From Gammaproteobacteria bacterium (GTDB lineage: Bacteria; Pseudomonadota; Gammaproteobacteria; SZUA-229), in the NCBI GenBank assembly GCA_022712755.1, contig JAFLJY010000279.1, forward strand, positions 1 to 45,301: a DNA stretch of 45,301 nucleotides, in the 5' to 3' direction. The notes below the pieces were generated by a model that ran no database searches, was not told where the DNA came from, and saw nothing but the letters and a program-made list of their open reading frames with translations. Position 1 is the stretch's first letter. Every line of letters starts with the position of its first letter. This document shows, piece after piece, positions 36,257 through 45,301 of this stretch. The translations under genes were made by a program, and so were the position numbers.

Positions 36257-36928
36257 ATGACGTGTCATGCTTACCAGAGAATGTTGCGTATTAATACCAT
36301 GGTTATCAGTATCAAAGAAGGCGAAATAATAGCTAAATCGGCATTTGATAGTGACGATGACTCATTAAGTGGATTTAATGAAAGCGATCGCTCAATCTTT
36401 GGTGGTTCAGATATTCACACAAACGAAAAGAATACTATCAATGTTGTTTATATTAATACACCCATTGGTTCTATGTTTGCCTGTGCCACAAAAAAAGGAC
36501 TTTGCCTGTTAGATTTTACTGACAGAAAAATGTTAGAAACAGAATTTAACGATTTATGTAAAAGGCTTAATGCTGTTATTTTACCTGGTTCAAACCCTTA
36601 TCTAGAGGAGGTTCAATCGGAGTTAGTAGAATATTTTTCTGGAGAAAGAAAAATATTTAGCATTCCACTAGATACCCCGGGAACTTATTTTCAAAAGTCA
36701 GTATGGAAAATTCTACAAGACATTCCTTATGGGAAAACACGAAGTTATAAAGAACAGGCCATTGCCATTGGTAATCCAAAAGCTGTTCGCGCAGTGGCAT
36801 CAGCTAATGGACATAATCGTGTCAGTATTATTATACCTTGTCATCGGGTTATCGGCTCAGACGGTAGCCTGGTAGGTTATGGTGGAGGCTTGCAACGAAA
36901 GCAGTGGTTGCTTGATCTAGAGTCATGA
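36257..36928 (+). CDS. Methylated-DNA-[protein]-cysteine S-methyltransferase (Ada C-terminal part/Ogt)
   Basis: GTYFQKSVW, AVRAVASANG, and the active site IPCHRV. Confidence 0.85.
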   Translation: MTCHAYQRMLRINTMVISIKEGEIIAKSAFDSDDDSLSGFNESDRSIFGGSDIHTNEKNTINVVYINTPIGSMFACATKKGLCLLDFTDRKMLETEFNDLCKRLNAVILPGSNPYLEEVQSELVEYFSGERKIFSIPLDTPGTYFQKSVWKILQDIPYGKTRSYKEQAIAIGNPKAVRAVASANGHNRVSIIIPCHRVIGSDGSLVGYGGGLQRKQWLLDLES

Positions 36929-37130
36929 AATATTAATATTGTTGATAAATTGTTTTTCATAGCACTATATAACATGTAGTTCAGAAGGGTTTTTTACTCA
37001 TCTTAATTAAGTCGTGAATGAAAAGCTTACGTCAGGAATCACTTGGCTACCCCGGCAAGTGCTTGTAATAGTCAACTCACAAGTACATACCCACTGATCA
37101 TAAATGATTTATCTACTTTTACAGATAAAA

Positions 37131-37158
37131 TGAATCTTTTTTCACCCTATTGACGTAT
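37131..37158 (+). promoter_or_regulatory. Putative ECF promoter upstream of the sigma gene
   Basis: TGAATCT-N16-CGTAT, matching 38913-38940. Confidence 0.65.
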
Positions 37159-37259
37159 ATATTTGTATGGACGCGCAGACGCTCGCAATATATGCTTGTA
37201 TCTTATTGAATTTAAGTAACAAATAAATATTTGTTAAAAGTGTCAAATGAAATATTCGG

Positions 37260-38012
37260 ATGCCGATTATGGCTGAACTACTTTTAAAACCACGAAAAAC
37301 ATACTCAGCGGCGTGTATATCGCGGTTTTCTGTAAAAGACATCTGCGATATAATTTCAGTTATGCCTGCCATTGAAGAAAATCGTGAACTGCGAAATTTG
37401 CAATCAGAATCGATGCAATTGAACCAGCAACTGCGTGTATTCCTGAACAGGATTGTAAACAAAGACAAGCCGGCGTTTGAGCGGTTTTACGATAGCACCA
37501 TCCAGTTATGTTTTAGTCAGGCACTCAGGGTTACAAAAAAACAGGATATTGCAGAAGAAGTTGTTAGTGATGTCTATATGCAAGTCTGGAACAGAGCAGC
37601 AAGTTACGATGACACGCGCAGTAGTGTCATGACATGGCTGATGATGATATGCCGAAGTCGGGCACTGGATGCATTAAGACAGCGTAAAAATCAGCAGGTG
37701 AAAGAATCGGTAAACATTGATGCGATCGTTGAACCCTCTAGCGATGATAATCCGCAGGATATCTTGAGTGCGATACAGGAAGGGTGTTTTTTACACGACG
37801 TGGTTTCCCAGTTAAAACCACAGCAACAACAGTTGTTATCGTTGGCTTATTTTAAAGGGCTGACACATAGTGAAATTGCTAACCACACAAATATGCCTTT
37901 AGGGACTGTTAAATCACAGATTCGCAGGGCGATTATCATGCTAAAAAAATTAATAGATGAACAGGGATTACTTGCTAGCGATAAAAACGGTGGCGGAGAA
38001 TCTTATGACTAA
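37260..38012 (+). CDS. ECF sigma factor (SigK/RpoE-like); true start possibly 37362
   Basis: Region 2 AEEVVSDVYMQVW...WLMMICRSRALD and region 4 LAYFKGLTHSEIA...PLGTVKSQIRR. Confidence 0.92.
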   Translation: MPIMAELLLKPRKTYSAACISRFSVKDICDIISVMPAIEENRELRNLQSESMQLNQQLRVFLNRIVNKDKPAFERFYDSTIQLCFSQALRVTKKQDIAEEVVSDVYMQVWNRAASYDDTRSSVMTWLMMICRSRALDALRQRKNQQVKESVNIDAIVEPSSDDNPQDILSAIQEGCFLHDVVSQLKPQQQQLLSLAYFKGLTHSEIANHTNMPLGTVKSQIRRAIIMLKKLIDEQGLLASDKNGGGESYD

Positions 38013-38508
38013 AAACGATAGCAAAATAATTATTCAGGACGTTGTGCTCAGCGAGGACGAGCTGATGTTGTTAAGTACAGAACCCGCTGTTATGGATGAA
38101 ATCGATGTGAATTCGAAACAGATGAAATCACTACGTTCACGTGTGATGTCGCAGGTCGATGAGCAGTTATCAGCGGATACTAGTGATTTGCTAACGGTCA
38201 GAGCAGATAATGGTGACTGGCAACAGATCGGTGAATCTATAAGAAAAAAAATATTGTATGTCGATAAGCAAAAAGGGGTGGTGTCTTACCTGTTACGGGT
38301 CGATCCGGGTGCTGAAGACGCTTCACATTTGCATTCTTCAGATGAATATTGTCTGGTACTCGAGGGTGATATTTCATTTGGTGATATCCACCTGTATGCG
38401 GGCGATTTTCATCTCGCACCTAAAGGCAGTCGGCATGATAGAGCTTATACCGAGCATGGTGCATTGCTTTATATTCAGACAGGTATCCAGCAGCAGATGA
38501 GTCTTTAA
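38005..38508 (+). CDS. ChrR-like cupin anti-sigma factor
   Basis: Overlaps the sigma stop codon; cupin motif HLHSSDEYCLVLEG...GDFHLAPKGSRH. Confidence 0.82.
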   Translation: MTKNDSKIIIQDVVLSEDELMLLSTEPAVMDEIDVNSKQMKSLRSRVMSQVDEQLSADTSDLLTVRADNGDWQQIGESIRKKILYVDKQKGVVSYLLRVDPGAEDASHLHSSDEYCLVLEGDISFGDIHLYAGDFHLAPKGSRHDRAYTEHGALLYIQTGIQQQMSL

Positions 38509-38528
38509 TAATTTTAATCGTTTCTAAC

Positions 38529-38800
38529 TTAAGGGCATCTCTAAAAATAGCTTGCGACCTCTGCGCGATCTGAAACTTAGCATTTACCAGTCATAGTTAA
38601 TCATAGCATGTGGGCTTTATTTTCAAGCGTTGCAAAACGCAAGATTTTGTTTCAGGCTGCGCCCTACTGGGCTTTACCCCTTGCCCAGACTCGGCGTTAT
38701 GTTTTTTTACCGTACAATAAGTATGCTTTCAAAAACATGCCTTGATTCTGAACAAGGGGTAAAGCCAGAGGACACAACCTATTTTTAGAGATGACCTTAA
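38529..38800. mobile_element. MITE-like element with ~35-bp imperfect terminal inverted repeats
   Basis: TTAAGGGCATCTCTAAAAATAG ... CTATTTTTAGAGATGACCTTAA, an internal CTTTACCCCTTG/CAAGGGGTAAAG hairpin, and no ORF. Confidence 0.78.
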
Positions 38801-38821
38801 TTATTTATTTATCAATTTTTC

Positions 38822-38847
38822 ACGGTGGCTTAGGCCGCCGTTTTTTT
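38822..38847 (+). terminator. Intrinsic terminator
   Basis: ACGGTGGCTTAGGCCGCCGT followed by a T run. Confidence 0.75.
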
Positions 38848-38912
38848 TCTCTAAAAATTAGTTGGTTTTGCTTCCTTTTGAATACTGCGCCCGGATTATT
38901 TTTTTAAAAATA

Positions 38913-38940
38913 TGAATCCGTTCTCATAATATTTTCGTAA
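38913..38940 (+). promoter_or_regulatory. Putative ECF promoter of the DUF4331 operon
   Basis: TGAATCC-N16-CGTAA, ~55 bp upstream of the ATG at 38994. Confidence 0.7.
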
Positions 38941-38993
38941 ATAAGATTGACAGAAAAACATTGTTAATTGTTTTACATACGCAGGAGAATATT

Positions 38994-40487
38994 ATGAAGA
39001 AAAAAATTTTCACCACAAGTATATTGGCGACAGCCATCGCATGTTCGACCTTTGCCTTTTCCCTAAGTGTAGATGCATCGAGTCATAGAGAAGCGCCTTT
39101 TATCACGCAAAATCCTAAGGTTGATGGCACTGATTTTTATATGTTTCGTAGTTATGAAACCGGACGTGAAGAATATGTAACTTTGGTTGCAAACTATAAC
39201 CCACTGCAGGCAAGTTATGGTGGTCCAAACTATTTCACCATGGATCCAAATGCGTTGTATGAGATCCATGTCGATAATAATGGTGATGCTATCGAAGATA
39301 TTACTTTCCAGTTCCAGTTTAAAAACACATTGTCAAATAACGGCAAAGGCATCACTGTGCAGGTAAATGGAAAAGACGTGGCGGTATCGTTACGTAATAT
39401 TACCGAGGTCACTTCGCTTACTCCAGAAAGTGTTAATGATGCCGAATCATATAGCCTGACAGTGGTAAATGGTGATAGACGTAGCGGAATAAAAAGCTCT
39501 GCGATCAACATCAACAGCGGCGGTTCTACAATCTTTGCAAAGCCTTTTGATAATGTCGGTAACAAAACTTTCAATAGTGAGAGTTATGATGTTTATGCAA
39601 ATACTTTTATCTATGATGTGAATTTTCCTTCATGTCCCGCAGATGCGCAGCAGGGTAAGGTTTTTGTTGGCCAACGCAAAGAATCATTTGCCGTGAACCT
39701 GGGTGAGGTATTTGATCTGTTTAATTCAAATCCTTTAGGTGCTGTTGATGCAGAGATAAATATTATTGGTGATGAAAATATCACAACATTTGCGCTCGAG
39801 ATCCCTATTGCCTGTCTAACCAATAACGGCGCTGTGGATGTTATTGGTGCCTGGACAACTGCGAGCAAACGCCAGGTGCAGATACTTGACCCTACGCCAG
39901 ACTATGATCAGCCTGCACTAGAAAGAGGAGCATGGACACAGGTATCACGTCTTGGTATGCCGCTGGTTAACGAGCTGGTTATCGGTTTACCTGACAAAAA
40001 TCTGTTTAACAGCAGTGAGCCAAAAGGTGATGCTCAGTTTCTTGATTATGTCACTAACCCGACCTTTCCTGTTATTTTGAATGCATTGTTTGGTGTTAGC
40101 CCACCAACAGTTGCTGGTCGTCCTGATCTAGTTGCAACATTTCTTACCGGTTTGAGCGTAGTGAATAACAATGGCAGTGTTGGTGAGATGCAACGATTGA
40201 ATGTAACTGTCGCGCCTACAGCTAAAGCAAGTCAGAACAATATCGGTGTTGCTGCCGGTGATAACGCAGGCTTCCCAAATGGTCGTCGCCCGGGTGATGA
40301 TGTGGTTGATATAACCACCCGTGTTGCGATGGGAGTTTTATGCCATCTAAATTTGGGCTTATGTGATCCTGCGGATGCAGAGAGTGGCACATTGGAGTAT
40401 ACCGATGGAGCGATACAAAACGCTACACAGTTTGATGATGTGTTTCCGTACCTGACAACACCAGTTGCCGGTTCACCAGCTAATTAA
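38994..40487 (+). CDS. Secreted DUF4331-family protein
   Basis: Signal peptide followed by SSHREAP, DGTDFYMFRSYE, QVSRLGMPLVNE, GFPNGRRPGDDVVD and FPYL; CAGGAG RBS. Confidence 0.88.
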   Translation: MKKKIFTTSILATAIACSTFAFSLSVDASSHREAPFITQNPKVDGTDFYMFRSYETGREEYVTLVANYNPLQASYGGPNYFTMDPNALYEIHVDNNGDAIEDITFQFQFKNTLSNNGKGITVQVNGKDVAVSLRNITEVTSLTPESVNDAESYSLTVVNGDRRSGIKSSAININSGGSTIFAKPFDNVGNKTFNSESYDVYANTFIYDVNFPSCPADAQQGKVFVGQRKESFAVNLGEVFDLFNSNPLGAVDAEINIIGDENITTFALEIPIACLTNNGAVDVIGAWTTASKRQVQILDPTPDYDQPALERGAWTQVSRLGMPLVNELVIGLPDKNLFNSSEPKGDAQFLDYVTNPTFPVILNALFGVSPPTVAGRPDLVATFLTGLSVVNNNGSVGEMQRLNVTVAPTAKASQNNIGVAAGDNAGFPNGRRPGDDVVDITTRVAMGVLCHLNLGLCDPADAESGTLEYTDGAIQNATQFDDVFPYLTTPVAGSPAN

Positions 40488-40501
40488 CCTGGAGAGTAAT
40501 C

Positions 40502-40780
40502 ATGAACTCTAAATACTCATTTATTATAATTGTTTGCAGCGGTCTTATGCTTAGTGCATGCCATGATAACAACAGTGCAGGTGGGGATGGTGTGACAACA
40601 CAGCCAGAAAATGAACTGACCGTGTTTGGCAACTTGTCAGCAGATGATGAGCCACTAGCGATCACTAACAAACTGGAACAGGACATACAGGCTGTATTTG
40701 GCGATGCTGATAATAAGGCTGTTGATGTTATCGTAGGTGATAATGTTCAAAGTGTTATCGACAGAGCCGGTTTAAATTGA
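40502..40780 (+). CDS. Small acidic lipoprotein
   Basis: Lipobox LSAC, GGAG RBS, and an Asp-rich body including a DDEP motif. Confidence 0.8.
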   Translation: MNSKYSFIIIVCSGLMLSACHDNNSAGGDGVTTQPENELTVFGNLSADDEPLAITNKLEQDIQAVFGDADNKAVDVIVGDNVQSVIDRAGLN

Positions 40781-42075
40781 AACGGATGTACGGAGCAAGG
40801 GTAAAAAGTATGAAAATTAATCATGCTAAATCTACTCAGGACGAAAAGTGGGGAAGGCGTCGCCTTCTCCATTACCTGTTACTTTTTTATATAGTAACTT
40901 TGATGATTTTTTTTCTGCTGGTTAAAGGGGCAATGGCTGAACCGTATCTGCCAAAGAGCGAAACTCAGATCCTGGCCTACCTGCCAACAAAATTAACACC
41001 CTTGTCAAATCGGATAAAAAAACTTGAGAGCAGACTGATATCCTATTCAGCTGATAACAGACAGATGGAAGAATTACAGGAAGCCTTGCTTAAGGCATAT
41101 CTGCAACAGGCAAGAGTGGCAGCCGACATGCGTTATCTCAGTTATGCTCAAAAACGACTGGATCAATGGTTACAGAAAACACCTGATTCAGAAAAAGCCA
41201 GGTTATTAGATGCACAGATAAAACAATACAATCACCATTTCGACGATGCCATAGTGGTGCTGACTGCATTGTTGAAAGATTATCCTAATAACAGTGAAGC
41301 CTGGTCGCTACTGTCAAATCTGCAATTGTTAACAGGTAATTATGTTGCAGCAAGTGCAAGCTGTAAACAACTGTCATTAAGCAGCAACCTGGCAGAGTTA
41401 GTTATTTGTCAGAGCAATATCAAAATAAGAACCGGATTGTTAAATGAAGCCTACACGTTGTTAAGTGTGTTATTACCCGTTATTGATAATATGCCGATTG
41501 AACAACAATTATGGCTGGTTACAAGCCTGGCAGAAATAACTATACAACAGGACAAAAAAAACCTTGCCGAGCGTTATCTAAAACAGGCGGTTACATTGGC
41601 TGCTAATAATGATATCAATGATGCTTACCTGACACGTGTTTACACCGATTTTCTAATTCAACATAGCAGATTCAAACTGGCGTTTGAATTAACTAAAAAT
41701 AATAAAGGGGATGCTGGGTTGATGATACGCTCAGCAGTACTCGCAAAAAAAACGGGTGATGACCAGCTGTATTATGATAACAAAGCGGCATTAATACAAA
41801 TATTTGATGTAGAAAAAAGACGACAGAAAAACCGGCACCTACGTGAGCTAGCATTGTTTACATTGTTACTACTTGATGATGCGACTGCAGCGTTAACTAT
41901 TGCGAAACAGAACTGGCTTCTTCAAAAAGAACCCGAGGATGCGCGAATCTTGATGAAATCGGCGCTAACTGTCGGTGATCATGAACAAATACACTGGGTG
42001 GAAGCCGCTATTGAAAGGACAGGCCTGATCGATCTTCGTCTGGATAAAGTACGATTAGGCGAATCAATAATATGA
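40777..42075 (+). CDS. Exported TPR protein (start possibly 40810)
   Basis: N-terminal hydrophobic segment, AEPYLP, DMRYLSYAQ, QYNHHF, CKQL...C pair, and QKEPEDAR. Confidence 0.8.
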   Translation: MKRMYGARVKSMKINHAKSTQDEKWGRRRLLHYLLLFYIVTLMIFFLLVKGAMAEPYLPKSETQILAYLPTKLTPLSNRIKKLESRLISYSADNRQMEELQEALLKAYLQQARVAADMRYLSYAQKRLDQWLQKTPDSEKARLLDAQIKQYNHHFDDAIVVLTALLKDYPNNSEAWSLLSNLQLLTGNYVAASASCKQLSLSSNLAELVICQSNIKIRTGLLNEAYTLLSVLLPVIDNMPIEQQLWLVTSLAEITIQQDKKNLAERYLKQAVTLAANNDINDAYLTRVYTDFLIQHSRFKLAFELTKNNKGDAGLMIRSAVLAKKTGDDQLYYDNKAALIQIFDVEKRRQKNRHLRELALFTLLLLDDATAALTIAKQNWLLQKEPEDARILMKSALTVGDHEQIHWVEAAIERTGLIDLRLDKVRLGESII

Positions 42076-43211
42076 GAAATATTATTATATTAATTCTATG
42101 TTTTTATAGTCAGTCGATCCTGGCACACAAAACTAGTGACAGTTATTTGAATATTGTTACATCAAACCAACACAACAGTATCACCTGGTCGATAGCAGTG
42201 ATTGATTTAGAAGTTGCTGTCGGTTTGGATATGGATGCAGATAACAGGATAACCTGGGCAGAAGTCATTAATAGAAGATCGGCTATAGAAGCTTATGTGC
42301 TCAGCCGTTTTTCTTTGTACCATATGAAAGACCAGCAGAAACACATTTGCGCTGTCGATAATGAAAGTTTACTTGTCGATGATAAGAGAGATGGAAGTTA
42401 TCTTGTTTTTAATCTGGCCACTCCCTGTCTTAATGATCTAGCCGTAAATGATTTTATTCTGGAGTATCAATTGTTATTTGATATTGACAGCAATCATCGA
42501 GGATTGATATTAATCGAGTCAGAAGAAAGTACGATAACACGGGTAGCAAGCCCAAAAAACCACATATTTAAAGTACAAAATAGCAATGTTTCAGTGATGT
42601 TGATATTGTATGATTATGTACTTGAAGGAATTTGGCATATTCTAATTGGTCTGGACCATATACTTTTTCTTTTGGCATTATTACTTCCAGCAGTGTTACT
42701 TTATAAAGATGGATTGTGGCAACGCCGTGAAAATATTCGCAGTTGCTTGTTACCGATATTGAAGATCGTCACCGCGTTTACCGTTGCACACTCTGTCACT
42801 TTAACATTGTCTGTCTTAGAAATAGTGCAATTGCCGCCGCAACTGGTAGAAACCATCATTGCTATCACCGTGCTGCTTACCTGTCTGCATAGTATCAAAC
42901 CGGTTCTTCAGGATTCTATGTGGCAAATTGCTTTCTTCTTCGGCCTGATTCACGGTTTTGGTTTTGCCAATGTCTTACTTGATCTTGGCCTGGCAGAAAC
43001 GGCGTTACTGGTGTCGCTGCTAGGTTTTAATGTCGGCGTCGAAATTGGTCAATTATTTATCGTCTGTGTATTTATGGTTTTTGCGACAGTAGTTCATCGT
43101 TACTGGTGGTATCGCACAATAATATTTAAAGGTGGAATTTCGGCTACGGCGGCGCTTTCCTGTATCTGGATAATCGAACGGATGCTCAATTATGAGATCC
43201 TTGTCATTTAG
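42072..43211 (+). CDS. HupE/UreJ family membrane protein with a periplasmic N-domain
   Basis: Signal peptide ending AH, HILIGLDHILF, TAFTVAHSVTL, GLIHGFGFA, and FNVGVEIGQ. Confidence 0.9.
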   Translation: MRNIIILILCFYSQSILAHKTSDSYLNIVTSNQHNSITWSIAVIDLEVAVGLDMDADNRITWAEVINRRSAIEAYVLSRFSLYHMKDQQKHICAVDNESLLVDDKRDGSYLVFNLATPCLNDLAVNDFILEYQLLFDIDSNHRGLILIESEESTITRVASPKNHIFKVQNSNVSVMLILYDYVLEGIWHILIGLDHILFLLALLLPAVLLYKDGLWQRRENIRSCLLPILKIVTAFTVAHSVTLTLSVLEIVQLPPQLVETIIAITVLLTCLHSIKPVLQDSMWQIAFFFGLIHGFGFANVLLDLGLAETALLVSLLGFNVGVEIGQLFIVCVFMVFATVVHRYWWYRTIIFKGGISATAALSCIWIIERMLNYEILVI

Positions 43212-43250
43212 CTTAAAAGTGAACAACGAATATGATATCACTTAGTTATT

Positions 43251-45301
43251 TTAGCGGTTCATCTGCTTTTTAGTCTTACTAGTCGCCTGTGCAGTAAACG
43301 GATCATCCGGCCAGTAGTGTCTTTTGTATTTTCCACGTAGTTCTTTTTTTACATCATGGTAGGTGGTTTTCCAGAAGCTGTGTAAATCTTGTGTTACCTG
43401 CATAGGACGGCGAGCGGGTGATAATAAATGCATCATTAATTTAAAGTGTCCATTTAATACTGTTGGAGTTTCATATAGACCAAATACTTCCTGTAATCTA
43501 ACTGCAAGAACGGGTGTGAGAGGATCGCTGTAATCAATACGAATACTTGAACCACTGGGTACGGTTATTTTTTCTGGAGCCAGTTTGTCTATGCATTGCT
43601 GTTGTTGCCAGCTAAGCTGGTTTAATAACAATTTGTACATATCCAGTTTCTGACATTGTTTGATACTGTTTTCGTTGGTTAGATAAGGTTGTAACCATTC
43701 AGATAATTTATTCAACAGAACATCGTCAGAAAAGTCAGGCAGTTCTAATTTATTCACTGATTTTTTTAAAGCCTGATTATTATTAATCTGTTGGTTGATG
43801 AATTGTATGCGTTGTTTAAGATTGATAGCCGGTGGTGTCCAGTTAAAACTATTTAGCCCGATTGTTTTTATCGCCTGCAGCAGACATTGCTGTATCACTT
43901 CTTTTTTCTCAGGTGTCACCAGTGTTTCTTTCAGGATAATCTTTCCAATATTTGTTGTTTGCTTAGCTTCAACACGTTGTAGCGTGTTATTCCATTGTAC
44001 AGACTCGGTTAGTTGTATCTGTTCAGGAAAATAATCCTCTAACTGCTGCTGGCTAATTTCTGCTGCCAGGTAAATGCTGGCTTCAGAACGACTGGTTTTG
44101 TTATGTTTAGCGTTAAGATTGGCGATAACAAGAAACTCGGTAGCATGTTGTTGTAAATGTGGCGGTATTATTGCGCCTTTGCCATTGCTGAGTAAATATC
44201 GTGATTCATTTTTATGGCGTTGTTTTGCAATTCTGTCGGGGTATGCGTGTGCCAGCAGTATGCCGCTAAAATGATTATTTATTGACTGCTTATAGAGAGA
44301 TTTATTTTGATCTATACTGGGATCTTTTTTCTTTAAGCGTTTAAAAAATTCATCAGCCGTTTTTATTATGCGCCTGCATTGTTGAATATCAATATCCTGT
44401 AGCTGGCGTTTTTTATTATGCTTGTGTGGTAAAGACTGTAAAACATGTAACCTATCCTGAATGTCGGCACTTTTTTGTGCGTTATACAGATAAAACTCTT
44501 TCTCGGTAAGAATACTGGCAATAAGACAGGCATGGTATACCTGTTCTAATTTATTGGCTGACAACATCATGTGAGCCAGACGTGGATGGGTACCGAGTCT
44601 GAGCATCTCCTTTCCATGCCGGGTTATTTTTCCATCATTATTTAAAGCATTAAGCTGTTGCAATAATTGTCTCGCTTGTGCGATAGAACTTGCTGGTGGT
44701 GTGTCCAGCCATTGCAGTTCATTTACCTGCTGAATTCCCCAGTTTGCCAGTTCTAATACCAGGTTTGATAAATCACTGTGCAGAATTTCAGCGACTGTAT
44801 GTTTAATTAAGCGTTGCTGTTGTTGCGCTGTCCACAAACGGTAACAAATACCAGCAGATAATCGTCCAGCACGACCGCTACGCTGCTCGGCAGAATCCTT
44901 AGAGATGAACTGTGTTTTCAAACGATTCATGCCAGATGAAGGGCTGTACTCTGCTACGCGCTCCAGCCCCGAGTCGATTACACAGTTAATGCCTTCAATG
45001 GTTAAACTGGTTTCAGCAATATTTGTCGCTAACACAATTTTTCGCATATTAGCCGGCGGTGCTGAAATGGCCTGATCCTGCTCTTGTTTATTTAAGCTTC
45101 CGTGTAAAGTGGCAACAAAAACAGGGTGGATATTTTCTGTTTTAAGGTAGTGTTTTATTTGGCTGCAAAGCTGATTGATTTCTTTAACACCGGGCAAAAA
45201 CACCTGACAGTTGCCTTCATGTTTTTGAATAACCTTTTTTACTGACTTGAATAAACTTGAAATTAATTGCAGGGACTGGTTTTGTGTTGTTTGTTGTAGC
45301 C
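43251..45301 (-). CDS. hrpB: ATP-dependent helicase HrpB (5' end outside window)
   Basis: FLPG, LATNIAETSLTI, QRSGRAGR, AYPDRIA, LLSPARRP, and YKRHYWPDDP. The frame stays open upstream of 45203. Confidence 0.95.
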   Translation of the reverse strand, partial: LQQTTQNQSLQLISSLFKSVKKVIQKHEGNCQVFLPGVKEINQLCSQIKHYLKTENIHPVFVATLHGSLNKQEQDQAISAPPANMRKIVLATNIAETSLTIEGINCVIDSGLERVAEYSPSSGMNRLKTQFISKDSAEQRSGRAGRLSAGICYRLWTAQQQQRLIKHTVAEILHSDLSNLVLELANWGIQQVNELQWLDTPPASSIAQARQLLQQLNALNNDGKITRHGKEMLRLGTHPRLAHMMLSANKLEQVYHACLIASILTEKEFYLYNAQKSADIQDRLHVLQSLPHKHNKKRQLQDIDIQQCRRIIKTADEFFKRLKKKDPSIDQNKSLYKQSINNHFSGILLAHAYPDRIAKQRHKNESRYLLSNGKGAIIPPHLQQHATEFLVIANLNAKHNKTSRSEASIYLAAEISQQQLEDYFPEQIQLTESVQWNNTLQRVEAKQTTNIGKIILKETLVTPEKKEVIQQCLLQAIKTIGLNSFNWTPPAINLKQRIQFINQQINNNQALKKSVNKLELPDFSDDVLLNKLSEWLQPYLTNENSIKQCQKLDMYKLLLNQLSWQQQQCIDKLAPEKITVPSGSSIRIDYSDPLTPVLAVRLQEVFGLYETPTVLNGHFKLMMHLLSPARRPMQVTQDLHSFWKTTYHDVKKELRGKYKRHYWPDDPFTAQATSKTKKQMNR

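Noticed and set aside
37142..37468. 108-aa minus-strand ORF
   Set aside because: It is antisense to the sigma gene and its promoter, with no recognisable motif. The other short overlapping ORFs in the track were rejected as shadow ORFs for the same reason.
1..45301. tRNA, rRNA, prophage or anti-phage defence genes
   Set aside because: None was recognisable by eye.

Overview
AT-rich (about 40% GC by eye) gammaproteobacterial chromosome segment. From left to right it contains: the 3' end and right end of an IS110 (IS621-like) element; ntrBC with an NtrC site and a sigma54 promoter; an ~20 kb minus-strand type IV filament cluster (MSHA/T2SS-like MshM-L-N-E-G plus assembly genes, three pilin-like genes, a PilGHI/Xap-like ABC module, and a split PrsK/PrsR-like sigma54 two-component pair); a housekeeping block (trmL, gpsA, secB, rhodanese, ArsR, envC, ctpA, divergent polysaccharide deacetylase, DJ-1, TusE/DsrC-like); an orphan RND adaptor, an ATM1-type ABC transporter, an S4 protein, a VOC gene and a decayed ada/ogt; an ECF sigma/cupin anti-sigma pair followed by a DUF4331-lipoprotein-TPR-HupE/UreJ operon that shares a promoter motif with the sigma gene; and a 5'-truncated hrpB. 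The intergenic DNA is full of nested small palindromic elements (REPINs, MITEs). One family made of GGA-loop hairpins, resembling CsrA/RsmA binding sites, occurs upstream of the major pilin and is also tandemly amplified in frame inside the MshN-like gene. All calls come from reading the sequence by eye; no database searches were run.
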